A DNA stretch of 64,000 bases from Lama guanicoe (taxonomy: Eukaryota): positions 3,235,757-3,299,756 of the forward strand of contig MU054187.1 of NCBI GenBank assembly GCA_013239625.1, written 5' to 3'. Under the pieces are notes generated by a model. That model made no database searches, was not told the DNA's origin, and was given only the letters and a program-made list of their open reading frames with translations. How positions within the stretch are numbered: the stretch's first letter is position 1; every line of letters begins with the position of its first letter. This document shows positions 62,316 to 64,000 of this stretch, piece after piece. The translations under genes were made by a program, and so were the position numbers.

Positions 62316-62899
62316 TTCAACTACTGACTCTGTCAGTAAATCTCTATAATCATCCCAAACCAGCAGTGACATAGGTCATTTCAAGTAAGTGTGTCTCCCC
62401 AAACAGAGTCTTGTGGCTCAAAATATTAAGGGCACCTCAAACTATGACAGCTCTGAAAGGGGACCGCTGTACTCATAGCAGCAGGCGTGGCGGGGAGCCT
62501 CGCTGTAGTCACGAAAGGTGCACGTGGAGCTGGCTCACCTGAGCTGGGGAGAGGCCTACTTATTTCTAAAACAAGGTTGTGCTAGAAGAGGCTGGTTGGA
62601 TGGGGCTCAGCTCCCCTGGACAGAGGACCTGGAAGCTGGGTATCAGTCCCAAGGTTTAAGAACTGCCGATGTGCCAGACATTTTGTCCTCTAAGACCAGA
62701 AGAGCCCTTGCCAGGTCTGAGTCCACCTTTTGGAAAGGAAGGCGTCTCTCACACCCAGAGACATATTAAAAGAAATTTCACGGTGCTCCTCAGTAATCCG
62801 GACTGCGAGGTTCTTTTCTTTGTATTTATTTTTGAGCAATGAAGGTAACACCTAATATTTGTAAAACTCTTATAGTTTACAAAGTGTGTTCACAGCCAG

Positions 62900-64000
62900 T
62901 GGGGCGCTTTCTCCCCTCGGGCAGAGAGCCCAGCCTGCACAGGCGACTCAGCCGCAGCACCGCCCCCAGGGCACAGGCTCCCAGGACCCCCCTCGGTGTC
63001 TTACCTGGGGCGGGGTGGGGTGGCACTGGCGGTCCCCACCCCCACCCCCACCCCGCAGGAGATGCTGGGAGAAGGCGGGAGGCGGGGCCTGGGAGCGGGG
63101 CGCGGGTTGCTAGGCCGGTGACCCCCAGCTTTGCGGCCCTGCACGCCCTCGCGTCCCGGCGGGTCGGCTCGCGGAGCCAGTCCGGCCCGAGAACAGATGA
63201 TGCTGCAAATGCGCGCGCTCCGCGTATTCGGTCCTTTTTTGTAAATCACCTAGAAAGGCCTTGCCGGGCTTGAAAGCACAATTTATTGCTGCAGTATCAA
63301 GTGGTCCCAGCGCAAGCCGTGTCCCTTTTATTGACAAAGTAAAACCGAGGTGATGCAAAGGACAGGGCACCCGAAAACAGGGCAGAAGCTGGGGGTTCCG
63401 GCCCCACCCCCACCCCCAAAGGGCCTCTTTCCTTGAACCTCTCAAGAACCCTCCAATTCGACATTGGTGATCCTTGGAGAAAGCTACAGTGTGTGAAAGG
63501 CTTCTTAATTTAAAGAGCATCCATTCCTGCCAGAAACCGTCTGAGGAATAAAGCCAGGAAAAAGGAGCCGTGGGAAGCAGATAAATGAAGTGTCCGTTGT
63601 CCTTTATGGGGACCTCACAGCGGCCTGGGGACAGCTCGGGGTGGGGGCGGGGGGGGCCGCATGGCCACGGTCTCCTGGCGTCCTCTGGCCAGCTCCCTGC
63701 TCCTCCCCAAACACCCCGAACCCGGCCTCGGCCACACCTCCAGCTCCGGCTCGTTCCTGGGCTGCCTTCCCTCCCAGACAGAGCATCCTTCGGGCGCAGG
63801 CCACTCCTCTCCCGCCCCCGCCCCGCTCACCAGGCTGGCCAGCGCGTGTGTGTTTCCACACTGGCCTGCTGTTCCTCTAGGGAACTACGTCCGTGTCCTG
63901 GGCGCCTGGCCCTGCAGATGTGTTCAGTAGACGTTGATCAGAGGAAAGAGGGGAGGGAGGGGTGAGGGGGGAAAGGGGAGGACCTGGGTCTGTGCCTTCA
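62900..64000. promoter_or_regulatory. CpG-island promoter-like region, likely continuing beyond the window
   Basis: CpG-dense at 63050-63230 and 63620-63910; GC boxes ggggcgggg at ~63007 and ~63646. Confidence 0.7.
63005..63250 (-). other. Putative first exon from the 63 kb CpG island (5' boundary unknown)
   Basis: Strong donor CAG|GTAAGA (intron starts 63004) at the edge of the CpG island. Confidence 0.35.

Larger units (their letters stand above)
18567..63005 (-). pseudogene. Candidate decayed multi-exon (unprocessed/unitary) pseudogene of a long coiled-coil-rich protein; identity not recognised
   Basis: About 25 minus-strand segments with acceptor AG and GT donors lie in gaps between repeats. 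Many consecutive segments are phase-compatible. Peptides are E/K/Q/L-rich, with stops where CAG/CAA/CGA would fit and 1-bp frameshifts. Read by eye, no homology search. Confidence 0.62.

Noticed and set aside
1..64000. CRISPR arrays, operons, miRNA/snoRNA genes, CTCF sites
   Set aside because: Mammalian DNA with no repeat-spacer array; no known small-RNA sequence or strong CTCF match recognised by eye.

Overview
Mammalian genomic DNA, very probably camelid: it carries a Vic-type tRNA-derived SINE and a camelid-style L1 3' end. No prokaryotic features, CRISPR array or intact protein-coding gene can be supported. The supplied ORFs are L1 ORF2 fragments or chance frames in GC-rich DNA. The window holds many interspersed repeats (L1, L2, MIR, MaLR/ERV LTRs, hAT MITEs), microsatellites, three CpG islands (~14.3, ~54.3 and ~63.3 kb) and one 91-N gap. 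The main hidden signal is a chain of about 25 exon-like segments on the minus strand from ~63.0 to ~18.6 kb. They are bounded by AG/GT splice signals, often join in compatible phase, and translate to coiled-coil-like peptides broken by stops and frameshifts. This looks like a decayed multi-exon gene (candidate unitary pseudogene, possibly surviving as a lncRNA) that I cannot name. Other findings are old L1 segments locally converted to GC/CpG-rich sequence (gBGC-like) and a perfect 20-bp inverted repeat at a duplication junction. Repeat subfamily names come from my recall of consensus sequences, not from a search, and old-repeat boundaries are approximate.
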